Positions 24,539 to 32,804 of a stretch of DNA of 34,229 bases are shown here, piece after piece. Source of the stretch: Desulfobacterales bacterium (lineage in GTDB: Bacteria > Desulfobacterota > Desulfobacteria > Desulfobacterales > B30-G6). The notes below the pieces were generated by a model, which saw nothing but the letters and a program-made list of their open reading frames with translations, did not search any database and was not told where the DNA came from. The stretch covers positions 1-34,229 of the forward strand of contig JAOZSO010000001.1 of the NCBI GenBank assembly GCA_029939655.1, written 5' to 3'. Position 1 is the first letter of the stretch. Each line of letters opens with the position of its first letter. Made by a program: the position numbers and the translations under genes.

Positions 24539-25837
24539 TCAGGAAATTACAGCAAAAGAATCATCCATGATTTGGAGTGACTGATCTATCTGGACTTTAG
24601 TCATGACAACAGAAGGGACAAGCCGAATTGAATTGCCAAACCAGCCTTGTCCAGCTGGCAAAATCAAACCTCTCTTACCAGCCTCTTTTTTCAACCTAAT
24701 TGATTCCTCTTTTGCAGGCTCTTTGGTTTTACGGTCTTTTACGAGCTCGACCCCTATCATTACACCTTTACCGCGAACATCGCCTATGACATCATATTTG
24801 TCTTGTAATTTCCTTAATCCATTCATCCAATATTTTCCCAATTCTTCGGCACGTTCCCATGGCTTTTCTTTCATTATCGTTTCAATACTTGCCAGCGCAG
24901 CAGCCGCCATCAACGGGTTACTTCCAAAAGTTGTATAGTATAGAGGCGGCTCCGGCTCCGCAAATGCTTGGGCTATTTCGTCAGTGGTTAAAAGCGCCGA
25001 TATTGGCAGCCCCCCCCCTAATGTTTTTGACATCGTGATCATATCAGGAACGATTCCATAATGCTCAAAACAAAACTTTTTGCCGGTGCTGCCGAATGCA
25101 GTAAAGATTTCATCCATGAAGAGAAGAATATTGTGTTTATCAAGAATTTTTTTGATTTCCTGAAAATAACCATCCGGGGCTGGTATATTGCCGGCGGTTC
25201 CTTGTATGGGTTCTGTTACGAAAACGGCCACTTCGGAGGATGTATCATAATACAAAGCATCTTCCAGCATTTTGGCACACTGTAAGTTACAAGCTGGATA
25301 TTCCAAGCCAAGCTGGCACCGATAGCAATAATACGAAGGGATGCGCGTCACCCCTGGTAACATAGGTCCCATCCCTTTTTTTAATGGTGCAAAACCTAAC
25401 AGACTGCGAGCACCATGAGTTCTCCCGTGAAAGTCGCCATATAGTGATACCATTTCATATTTTTTAGTGTATTTTTTAGCTAGAAATAGAGCGACCTCAA
25501 CTGCTTCAGCCCCTGCATTTGCAAAGTAAACCTTGTTAAAAGGTTCAGGTACCACGGATAGAAGCTTTTCAGCCAGGTCCCTGGCGGGTTTTGTATTATA
25601 GTCGATAGCTAAGGAATACATTTTCCCGACTTGTTCTTTCACAGCCTCAACTACCGCAGGGTGGTTATAGCCGATCAATGTCGCACATCCATGGGAACAA
25701 AGTAAGTCGATATATTCTCTTCCTTCCGAATCTTTCAACACAGCCCCTTTTGCCTCGACAAAAATAATTTCTTCATCCCCAAAATGGTGTCGAACACATG
25801 GCAAAAAATAATTTCCGTTTTCACTTTTTATTTCCAT
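24539..25837 (-). CDS. Class-III (omega-amino acid type) PLP-dependent aminotransferase
   Basis: 432 aa. GAEAVE, FMDEIFTAFGSTGK and the PLP-lysine context DMITMSKTLGGGLPISA are typical of the acetylornithine/GABA aminotransferase family. Confidence 0.85.
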   Translation of the reverse strand: MEIKSENGNYFLPCVRHHFGDEEIIFVEAKGAVLKDSEGREYIDLLCSHGCATLIGYNHPAVVEAVKEQVGKMYSLAIDYNTKPARDLAEKLLSVVPEPFNKVYFANAGAEAVEVALFLAKKYTKKYEMVSLYGDFHGRTHGARSLLGFAPLKKGMGPMLPGVTRIPSYYCYRCQLGLEYPACNLQCAKMLEDALYYDTSSEVAVFVTEPIQGTAGNIPAPDGYFQEIKKILDKHNILLFMDEIFTAFGSTGKKFCFEHYGIVPDMITMSKTLGGGLPISALLTTDEIAQAFAEPEPPLYYTTFGSNPLMAAAALASIETIMKEKPWERAEELGKYWMNGLRKLQDKYDVIGDVRGKGVMIGVELVKDRKTKEPAKEESIRLKKEAGKRGLILPAGQGWFGNSIRLVPSVVMTKVQIDQSLQIMDDSFAVIS

Positions 25838-25864
25838 TGTTCTGTCCTTTCCGCAGTTAAGATA

Positions 25865-27628
25865 TTAACCAAAATCTAAATCATCCACCGGGATACCATC
25901 CTCATTCCAACCTCTAAGCTGGTAATAATTCTGAATCATTTTTTCCAGTTCTTCCGGTTTAATAACCTTCCCACCACTTATGGGCTCGGAGAAATATCTC
26001 GGTGGCAGGGTATCATCCTTTTTCGATATGCCTTCTCGCAGGTTAAACCGTCGGCTAAGATTACGAATGTTCGCCGCAATTTCTTTAAGACCATCATGGT
26101 TAAGTTTCATGCCCATTGTGCCTTGGATTATTTTGGCCAAACCATCCCAAGCATAGATATCACGATAAAACCTGCAGGTAATAAATGCATCATGCAGCGT
26201 AAGGCGATCTTCGAAATCAATTGCTATTTCAGCCTTACCTTCAATTTCATCAGGTGCTATTTGCCCGGACAGTTCAGCCTTGAAAACAGTGCTTCGTAAA
26301 TGGCATGCGCCTCTATCCGAAGTCGCATACGCCAGGCCCATTCCTTTTAGAACTCTTGGATCATAAGCTGAAGGCTCTAAACCTTTAACGTGAATGGCTA
26401 TATCTTTCATACCCCATTCTTGAGCTGCATGTCGTATCCCTTCAGCCAAAACAGCTCCTATGCCACGTCGATAGGCAATATCATTTAGTAATGAAACAAT
26501 ACCGTCTACATCTCCGTAGTCATACTTTTCTTTGATTTTGCCTCGTCTGGAAGCTTCTATAGTAAAAGCGGCTAAATTGCCTGCGGTAATTGTATCCAAG
26601 CCCAACCGATCACAGACATCGTTGAGGTAGACGATCTCATTAATATTAGGAATCTCGCAGAGGCCCCCAAAAGAATATATTGTCTCAAATTCGGGGCCTT
26701 CAAGTTTTAAGCCTTTATGCCTACCATCCCTTACTTCGGTTAACCTTCCGCAGGCCATTAAGCATTTAGCACAAGCATGGGGCTTGACATTACACTGTTC
26801 ATGAAGACCTTCGGCCGAAATATTCTCCCAACCGTCAAGAGTACCTTTAGACCAATAACGCGTGGGAAATGAACCGATTTTATTGAGAACACTCACCAGA
26901 GCCGGTGTGCCCTTAGTCTTAAAACCTTGTATGACAGGATTTGTCTTTCTTTCAGAACTTATCTGAGACCATAGTTCTTCCAATATTTCAGGTTCGGCTA
27001 CCTCTTTTTGGGCGGACCCGCTAAAGGCCATACCCTTAATATTTTTAGCGCCTAAAACCGCACCAATACCTGTCCTTCCGGCAGATCGCCAGTAATTGTT
27101 TGCCACTAACGAAAAACGCACAAGGTTTTCACCCGCAGGACCTATAACCATGATACCGGATTGTTTACCTACAAGATCACGAACAGCGTCTTGGGCGTCA
27201 TAAACCTCCATCCCCCAAATATTTCCCGCTTCGTGAAAAGTTATGCCGTTGTCCGTAATTTCCAGAACAGTCGGGCTTGATGCAGCGCCCCGCAATATGA
27301 AAGCATCGTACCCAACATGCCCCATGAATTCTGCAACAGACCCCCCCGAATAGGACTCAGCATATATCCCTGTTTGAGGTGATTTACTGAATAAACCATA
27401 CCGACTGGAACCCCATACTTTGGTATTTACAGTCGGGCCTAACGCGATCACCACGTGATTATCCGGAGAAAAAGGATCAATATTTGGCTTGTTCTTTTTT
27501 AAGAGCAGGTACGTGGCAAGACCCTTTCCTCCTATCAGAGACTCATAGATGCTGTCTGGGATTTCTATAGTGTTGCTGGTTTCATGCGTCAGATCAATTT
27601 CCAATACTTTCCCGTAAACCCCCTTCAT
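25865..27628 (-). CDS. aor: Aldehyde:ferredoxin oxidoreductase family protein (tungstopterin / 4Fe-4S)
   Basis: 587 aa. The N-terminus GKVLEIDLT..., the CxxCxxxC cluster motif (CAKCLMAC) and the overall AOR-family architecture are present. Confidence 0.85.
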   Translation of the reverse strand: MKGVYGKVLEIDLTHETSNTIEIPDSIYESLIGGKGLATYLLLKKNKPNIDPFSPDNHVVIALGPTVNTKVWGSSRYGLFSKSPQTGIYAESYSGGSVAEFMGHVGYDAFILRGAASSPTVLEITDNGITFHEAGNIWGMEVYDAQDAVRDLVGKQSGIMVIGPAGENLVRFSLVANNYWRSAGRTGIGAVLGAKNIKGMAFSGSAQKEVAEPEILEELWSQISSERKTNPVIQGFKTKGTPALVSVLNKIGSFPTRYWSKGTLDGWENISAEGLHEQCNVKPHACAKCLMACGRLTEVRDGRHKGLKLEGPEFETIYSFGGLCEIPNINEIVYLNDVCDRLGLDTITAGNLAAFTIEASRRGKIKEKYDYGDVDGIVSLLNDIAYRRGIGAVLAEGIRHAAQEWGMKDIAIHVKGLEPSAYDPRVLKGMGLAYATSDRGACHLRSTVFKAELSGQIAPDEIEGKAEIAIDFEDRLTLHDAFITCRFYRDIYAWDGLAKIIQGTMGMKLNHDGLKEIAANIRNLSRRFNLREGISKKDDTLPPRYFSEPISGGKVIKPEELEKMIQNYYQLRGWNEDGIPVDDLDFG

Positions 27629-27705
27629 AATTTTCTTCCTTTTATCTTATTTGCGTTAATATGATGAGTTAAACGATTCTTAATAAACCTGCTGAAATAC
27701 CCTGA

Positions 27706-28017
27706 CTACGGTGGATCATACATGTATAAGTTAAGATCTTTAGATAAACTCAGCTCCAAAATATTCATTAGCATTTTCTCTTTATGCTTTGGAGACAATT
27801 TAACTACTAGACAGGTTCTGTGATCTTCTTTCTCGCTGAAAAAGTTGTACTTAATGCCTCCTTTATTAAATACTGAGAGAAAATCAATTATTTCTTGAAA
27901 ACGGGTCCTTGGTTCACCATAGGTGTTTTGTTCAAAAATTAGATAGCTGTATTCAGGATCTAATCTGTCGTTGATACTTCCGAAACGAGCAAACACTGAT
28001 TTAGTGTGTTGATTCAT
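27706..28017 (-). CDS. Hypothetical small protein (103 aa)
   Basis: It lies in the same orientation between the dehydratase and aor. ATG start, TAG stop. I recognise no motif, so coding status rests on ORF length and operon position only. Confidence 0.4.
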   Translation of the reverse strand: MNQHTKSVFARFGSINDRLDPEYSYLIFEQNTYGEPRTRFQEIIDFLSVFNKGGIKYNFFSEKEDHRTCLVVKLSPKHKEKMLMNILELSLSKDLNLYMYDPP

Positions 28018-28100
28018 TTATTAAGACTTTATAGATAATCATTGTTCACAGGCTTTAGAGCACCAACCTATAGAAACAATAAATCCTCATTTAATATTTA

Positions 28101-29759
28101 TCACTCATACGCCAATACAGCACCTTTATCGGCCGAGCTTACCAAGAGCGAATATCTTTTTAAAAACTTACTACATTCTTTTTTAATTGGCTTAAATTTT
28201 TTCATACGTTCAGCAAGTTCAGTATCAGTTACATCAAGGTGTAGTTTTCGAGCCGGTATGTCTATTTCGATAATATCTTCCTCTTCTACTAAACCAATGG
28301 GACCACCAACAACTGCCTCAGGAGAGACATACCCAATGCAAGGTCCCCGTGTTGAACCGGAAAATCGACCATCAGTCACCAAGGCGACACAATCTCCTAG
28401 GCCCAATCCCATCAATATTGAAGTCACCATGTGCATCTCTCGCATCCCTGGCCCCCCTTTGGGCCCTTCGTAGCGGATGACCATCACGTCCCCGCTCATG
28501 ATTTGATCACCCATCAGAGCTTTTACAGCATCTTCCATGGAGATAAATATTCGGGCCGGGCCCTTGTGGGTCATCATCTTTTCATGGACACCGCTTTGTT
28601 TTACCACAGATCCGTCAGGTGCGAGATTACCATACAAAATGGCGAGGCTTCCTTCATGATGAAGAGGAGAATTTAAGGGTCTGATTACATCTTTATCGAG
28701 GACATGAACCGATTCGATATTTTTCCTCATCGTTCGTCCTGTTACCGTAGGTACGTTGGTATCGATTCGATCTCCAAGTTCCTTTATTACCGCCGGAATT
28801 CCCCCTGCTTCCTCTAACCGCAACAGTGGATATTTCCCTGATGGTATAATATCGCAAATATGCGGTGTTGTTTTGCTGATGAAATCGAGTTTTTCCAACG
28901 TATAATTGAAACCGGCCTCGAGCGCGATAGCTGGGATGTGAAGTGCTAAATTTGTTGAGCCCCCTATGGCCATCGCGACTGTGGTGGCATTTTTTATAGC
29001 GATTTCAGATATTATTTTTGAAGGGATTAAATTCTCATTTACCATCTGTACAATTCGAGATCCAGATTGACGAGCCAGTCTTGTCTTCTTGGTACTTTGT
29101 GCATGGGCTGTCCCACAACCTGGAAGCGTCATGCCTAGGGCCTCTGCAATACATGACATTGTGTTTGCTGTTGCCATCATCGCACAACTCCCCGGTCCGG
29201 GTAGGGCGCACTGTTCTATTTCAGCCAATTCGTCTTGAGATATATCACCGCGTTTAGTTTGCCCGATAAATTCACGCATGCTTGTTAGTGTAATGTTTTC
29301 ATTTTCTCTGAATTTACCAGGGTACATGGGGCCGCCAGTGACGATAATCGTTGGAATATCAAGCCTTAAAGAAGCCATGATATGTGCCGGCACGATTTTA
29401 TCGCATGAACACATCATGACCATTGCATCGAATCGATGACTTTCCACCATTAGTTCGATAGAATCAGCAATGATCTCACGGCTAGGTAGAGGATATCTCA
29501 TACCGATGTGACCTTGACACAAACCATCGCAGATAGCGATTGTGTTGAACTCAATGGGTATCCCTCCAGCTTCACGGATTCCTTCCTTAACTGATACAGC
29601 AAGCTCACGGAGATGATAGTGACCGGGCACGATCTCGTTCCATGAATTTACCACCGCAATGATGGGCTTTCCAAAATCCTCTTTGCTAAATCCCACGGCA
29701 TGCAGCAACGCTCGGTGAGCCGATCTTTCCAAGCCGGTATAAAGTTCTTTGCTTCTCAT
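28101..29759 (-). CDS. ilvD: IlvD/Edd-family dehydratase (dihydroxy-acid dehydratase-like)
   Basis: The N-terminus [23 protein letters not shown] matches the IlvD pattern. Fe-S ligand contexts CDG, CDK and [15 protein letters not shown] are present. The track start at 29783 is a TTG. The ATG at 29759 is preceded by AGGGAGG. Confidence 0.85.
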   Translation of the reverse strand: MRSKELYTGLERSAHRALLHAVGFSKEDFGKPIIAVVNSWNEIVPGHYHLRELAVSVKEGIREAGGIPIEFNTIAICDGLCQGHIGMRYPLPSREIIADSIELMVESHRFDAMVMMCSCDKIVPAHIMASLRLDIPTIIVTGGPMYPGKFRENENITLTSMREFIGQTKRGDISQDELAEIEQCALPGPGSCAMMATANTMSCIAEALGMTLPGCGTAHAQSTKKTRLARQSGSRIVQMVNENLIPSKIISEIAIKNATTVAMAIGGSTNLALHIPAIALEAGFNYTLEKLDFISKTTPHICDIIPSGKYPLLRLEEAGGIPAVIKELGDRIDTNVPTVTGRTMRKNIESVHVLDKDVIRPLNSPLHHEGSLAILYGNLAPDGSVVKQSGVHEKMMTHKGPARIFISMEDAVKALMGDQIMSGDVMVIRYEGPKGGPGMREMHMVTSILMGLGLGDCVALVTDGRFSGSTRGPCIGYVSPEAVVGGPIGLVEEEDIIEIDIPARKLHLDVTDTELAERMKKFKPIKKECSKFLKRYSLLVSSADKGAVLAYE

Positions 29760-29879
29760 CGTAACGAATTCCTCCCTATTCAAACTACAGTTAAAGCTCC
29801 ACTACCAAAGATAAGAACGTCTTAATAAAATAGAATAAAGCATCTATATTTTAATAAGGTGAATGACCAAATATATATC

Positions 29880-29896
29880 AGCAAAAACAATGCCAA
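29880..29896 (-). promoter_or_regulatory. Sigma-54 (-24/-12) promoter upstream of the dehydratase operon
   Basis: The minus strand reads TTGGCATTGTTTTTGCT, that is TGGCAT-N5-TTGCT with the canonical GG-N10-GC spacing. It lies about 100-120 nt upstream of the ilvD-like start and immediately downstream of a sigma-54 enhancer-binding-protein gene. Confidence 0.75.
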
Positions 29897-30091
29897 TAGC
29901 AGCTGGTTTTATAATGTGTGTAATTTTAGCAGGTTAAGAAATAGAAGGCTAAAAATAATTTGGCAGATAATACATATATGAATTGAAGGGCATATAACAT
30001 GTTGAGATATCTACAGATATTAATTATACAAATATGAATAAATAATAAATATTAAATATCTTATTGATTCAGTATGTTGTAATTAATTAAT

Positions 30092-31846
30092 TCATTTCTG
30101 AATTAAACCGAATGAAAGCCCATGTTTTTTCAACTTGCGGAAAGCGGTTGGCTGGCTGATCCCCAGAAGCTTTGCAAGCTCGTGAGTTGTTTTGCATTTT
30201 GGCATGGCGCTTTTCAGTACCTCCTTTTCAAACGATAACAGCGAGTCCGATAAATTCTTTTTTCGTGTTGCTGAAGAGTTGCTTTTTGTAAGTAGTGCGA
30301 AGGATCCTTTCAATGCCTGTAGGATCAATACATCTAAATTTCTTTCTTCGCTGATGACTACTGCTTGTTTAATCACATTCATCAACTCGCGAACGTTTCC
30401 CGGAAATGGATAGGATTGAAGCGCTTCTACAGCCTTGGCTGTTATCCACCGTTGCACACCATAGGCTTTATTATATTTTTCAAGAAAATGTGTAGTAAGT
30501 TCAAATATGTCATTCTGCCGTTCGCGAAGGGGTGGAATTTTTAAGGTAAAGGAATTTAAACGATAGTACAAATCCTCTCGAAATTTATTGATTTTTGTAA
30601 GGTTGCCCAAATCACGGTTTGTTGCAGCGATGACGGTACAATCTATGGCTATGGTTTTTGTTCCGCCCAGACGCGTGATGATATTGTCATCAAGATATTT
30701 CAGGAGCTTCGCCTGAGTTGTTAAGGACAAATCACCTATTTCATCTAAAAAAAGAATTCCCCCCTGAGCCAATTCGAACAAACCAGCCTTACCTTCTTCG
30801 CTAGCTCCAGTAAAAGCACCTTTCTCGTAACCAAAAAGTTCCGCCTCCAAAAGGTTTTCGGGCACAGCTGCGCAGTTGATTTGAATAAGTGGCGCCTTTT
30901 TTCTTTTGCCGTTCTGGTGTATGAATTTTGCCAAAAGCCCCTTTCCGGTCCCGGACTCTCCCAAAATTAAAATATTGGACACCTTTAGTGTTGCAAGTTT
31001 CAAAGCAATTCTCAGCACCTGTCTCATCTCCTGACTTTTTGCAATAATTTCCTGCTGCTTCAACTCTATCACACTAAGTTCATTGAGTTTGTCCTTGTAT
31101 TTATTTGCAACCAAACGAGTTTCATTTAATTGCTTTTGTATTGCATTTAGCTGTGAAAGATCTCGTTCATTGAGCACCACCATATAAATATCACCGTTCT
31201 CATTAAAAACTGGTGTTCCGGTTACCAATAAATGCTTTTCTGTTTTCTGGACGTATACAAGTAAGCTTACTCGACGTTTTGTTTTTAGTATCTCCATTGT
31301 AACACTTCGATCTATTATACCCTTATCAACCATCATAGAAACATTTCTACCAATGATATCCTTTTCCTTCCATCCATTTAGTTGTTGAGCTGCTTTGTTC
31401 ATGCGGATAAAATTCCCCCGGCCATCCAAAATAACAAGACCGTCGGAAGAAGAGGAGAAAACCGTTTCAAATTGATCGGTTAGCTGTTGGTATGATTCTA
31501 ACCTTTGAGCTGAATTTTCAAACTGCTGCATTTTCTGGAAGTTGCTAACAGCGCCAACAACCATTCCGGCTTTTCGAATAGCGGTAACGTTTACAACAAG
31601 ATGAACATTTTTCCCCCGAATATGGACACCAATTTGGGGCTTACCGGTTTTCAGACAGTCGACGATATGATGACTGGTTAATGGCAACACTTCAATGACA
31701 TTAGAGCCAATAACTTCGTTTTTCTTTAATCCCAATATCCTCATAGCTTTCTGATTGACTAATACGATACAACCGCGAGCATCTGCAGCGATAACACCGT
31801 TACTGGTTGAATTAAATATATCCTGAACGGTAATTAAATGTGACAT
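30092..31846 (-). CDS. Sigma-54-dependent transcriptional activator with two N-terminal PAS domains and a C-terminal Fis-type HTH
   Basis: AAA+ core with GESGTGKGLLAKFIH and the GAFTGA motif (EKGAFTGA), plus ESELFGYE-like ELFGYEKG. The C-terminus HELAKLLGISQPTAFRKLKKHGL is an HTH. Confidence 0.9.
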   Translation of the reverse strand: MSHLITVQDIFNSTSNGVIAADARGCIVLVNQKAMRILGLKKNEVIGSNVIEVLPLTSHHIVDCLKTGKPQIGVHIRGKNVHLVVNVTAIRKAGMVVGAVSNFQKMQQFENSAQRLESYQQLTDQFETVFSSSSDGLVILDGRGNFIRMNKAAQQLNGWKEKDIIGRNVSMMVDKGIIDRSVTMEILKTKRRVSLLVYVQKTEKHLLVTGTPVFNENGDIYMVVLNERDLSQLNAIQKQLNETRLVANKYKDKLNELSVIELKQQEIIAKSQEMRQVLRIALKLATLKVSNILILGESGTGKGLLAKFIHQNGKRKKAPLIQINCAAVPENLLEAELFGYEKGAFTGASEEGKAGLFELAQGGILFLDEIGDLSLTTQAKLLKYLDDNIITRLGGTKTIAIDCTVIAATNRDLGNLTKINKFREDLYYRLNSFTLKIPPLRERQNDIFELTTHFLEKYNKAYGVQRWITAKAVEALQSYPFPGNVRELMNVIKQAVVISEERNLDVLILQALKGSFALLTKSNSSATRKKNLSDSLLSFEKEVLKSAMPKCKTTHELAKLLGISQPTAFRKLKKHGLSFGLIQK

Positions 31847-31883
31847 ATAAACACCTCACCACAATGAAACTATTCATTTCTCG

Positions 31884-32762
31884 TTATAGCATACGGCTTG
31901 TTGTCGACTGAATATGCGCGAGTACAATTTCAGCAAGAGGTTTTCCAAGACCAGGAGGAGTATCGTGCCCCATACCCTCTATCAATTTAAATATTGCGCC
32001 TGGAATCAGATCGGCGGTCTCCTTGCCTTTTTCCGGTGGAATCAGCAGATCATCGGTACCGTGAACTACCAAAACCGGCACTGAAATCGTTTTGACCCGA
32101 TCCCTTATGTTTTTCATTGATAACATGGCAAGCAACTGACGGTTGGCACCATCGGGTGAGTAGCATCGATCAAAGGTCGCTGCAGCCATCCGACGTGAGT
32201 GATCATCACTTTCGAAATACTTTTTGCTTCCAAATTGTCGAACATACTCGACCCACTCCTGAATGAAAACTTTCCGGGTTTTCCGAACGGACCACAACTC
32301 GTCGAGGAGTGCGAGATCAATAATTTGGCTGAAAGAACTGATTAGCGTCAGCGAAAGCGCCCGGGAAGGGCATTTAGCCGCCAGCAACTGAGCGATGAAA
32401 CCGCCCATGGAATTACCGATGATGTGGGCTGTTTCGATATCAAGCCCATCCATCAGAGCGATGACATCCTGTGCCATATCGTCCATTGTGTAGGGTGGAT
32501 CAATCTCCCCTCCTGCTGCAACCTGCCGCTTCAGCACTTCAAGTTCCTGGTCAGCGATGTGATCAATTTTTCCGGAAAGGCCGGTATCCCGATTGTCGAA
32601 TCGTATTGTTCGAAATCCCTGATTCGAAAGCGCTTCGTAAAACGATTCAGGCCAATGGATCAGTTGCATCCCTTGCCCCCGGATCAGAACTATGACTCCT
32701 TCCTCCCCACCACCGGATGTTTCATAGGCGATTTCAACCCGGCCGGTTTGCAAAACACCCAT
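31884..32762 (-). CDS. Alpha/beta-fold hydrolase
   Basis: 292 aa. Nucleophile elbow GNSMGG, and the late Asp and His contexts HGTDDLLIP and GMGHD. GGAGG SD is present. The gene lies 37 nt upstream of the regulator gene. Confidence 0.8.
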   Translation of the reverse strand: MGVLQTGRVEIAYETSGGGEEGVIVLIRGQGMQLIHWPESFYEALSNQGFRTIRFDNRDTGLSGKIDHIADQELEVLKRQVAAGGEIDPPYTMDDMAQDVIALMDGLDIETAHIIGNSMGGFIAQLLAAKCPSRALSLTLISSFSQIIDLALLDELWSVRKTRKVFIQEWVEYVRQFGSKKYFESDDHSRRMAAATFDRCYSPDGANRQLLAMLSMKNIRDRVKTISVPVLVVHGTDDLLIPPEKGKETADLIPGAIFKLIEGMGHDTPPGLGKPLAEIVLAHIQSTTSRML

Positions 32763-32804
32763 ACCAATGCACCTCCATTTATAAAACGTGAAGAGATAAG
32801 AAAA

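Noticed and set aside
28054-28060. tttagag (reverse complement CTCTAAA, the anticodon-loop sequence of tRNA-Pyl) in the spacer between the dehydratase gene and the 103-aa ORF. It was checked as a possible pylT.
   Set aside because: The flanking bases (ggtg/ctctaaa/gcct) cannot form an anticodon stem, and no acceptor or T-arm pairing is visible. I found no other CUA-anticodon tRNA-like fold in the intergenic regions by eye. A tRNAscan or Infernal run on the whole genome is still needed.
30005-30020. Overlapping palindromes AGATATCT / ATATCT-AC-AGATAT about 110-140 bp upstream of the sigma-54 promoter; considered as the activator's UAS.
   Set aside because: The position is plausible. However, the spacer is about 70-75% A+T, where short palindromes arise by chance, and there is no second matching half-site pair. 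It is not supportable as a feature without footprinting or ChIP.
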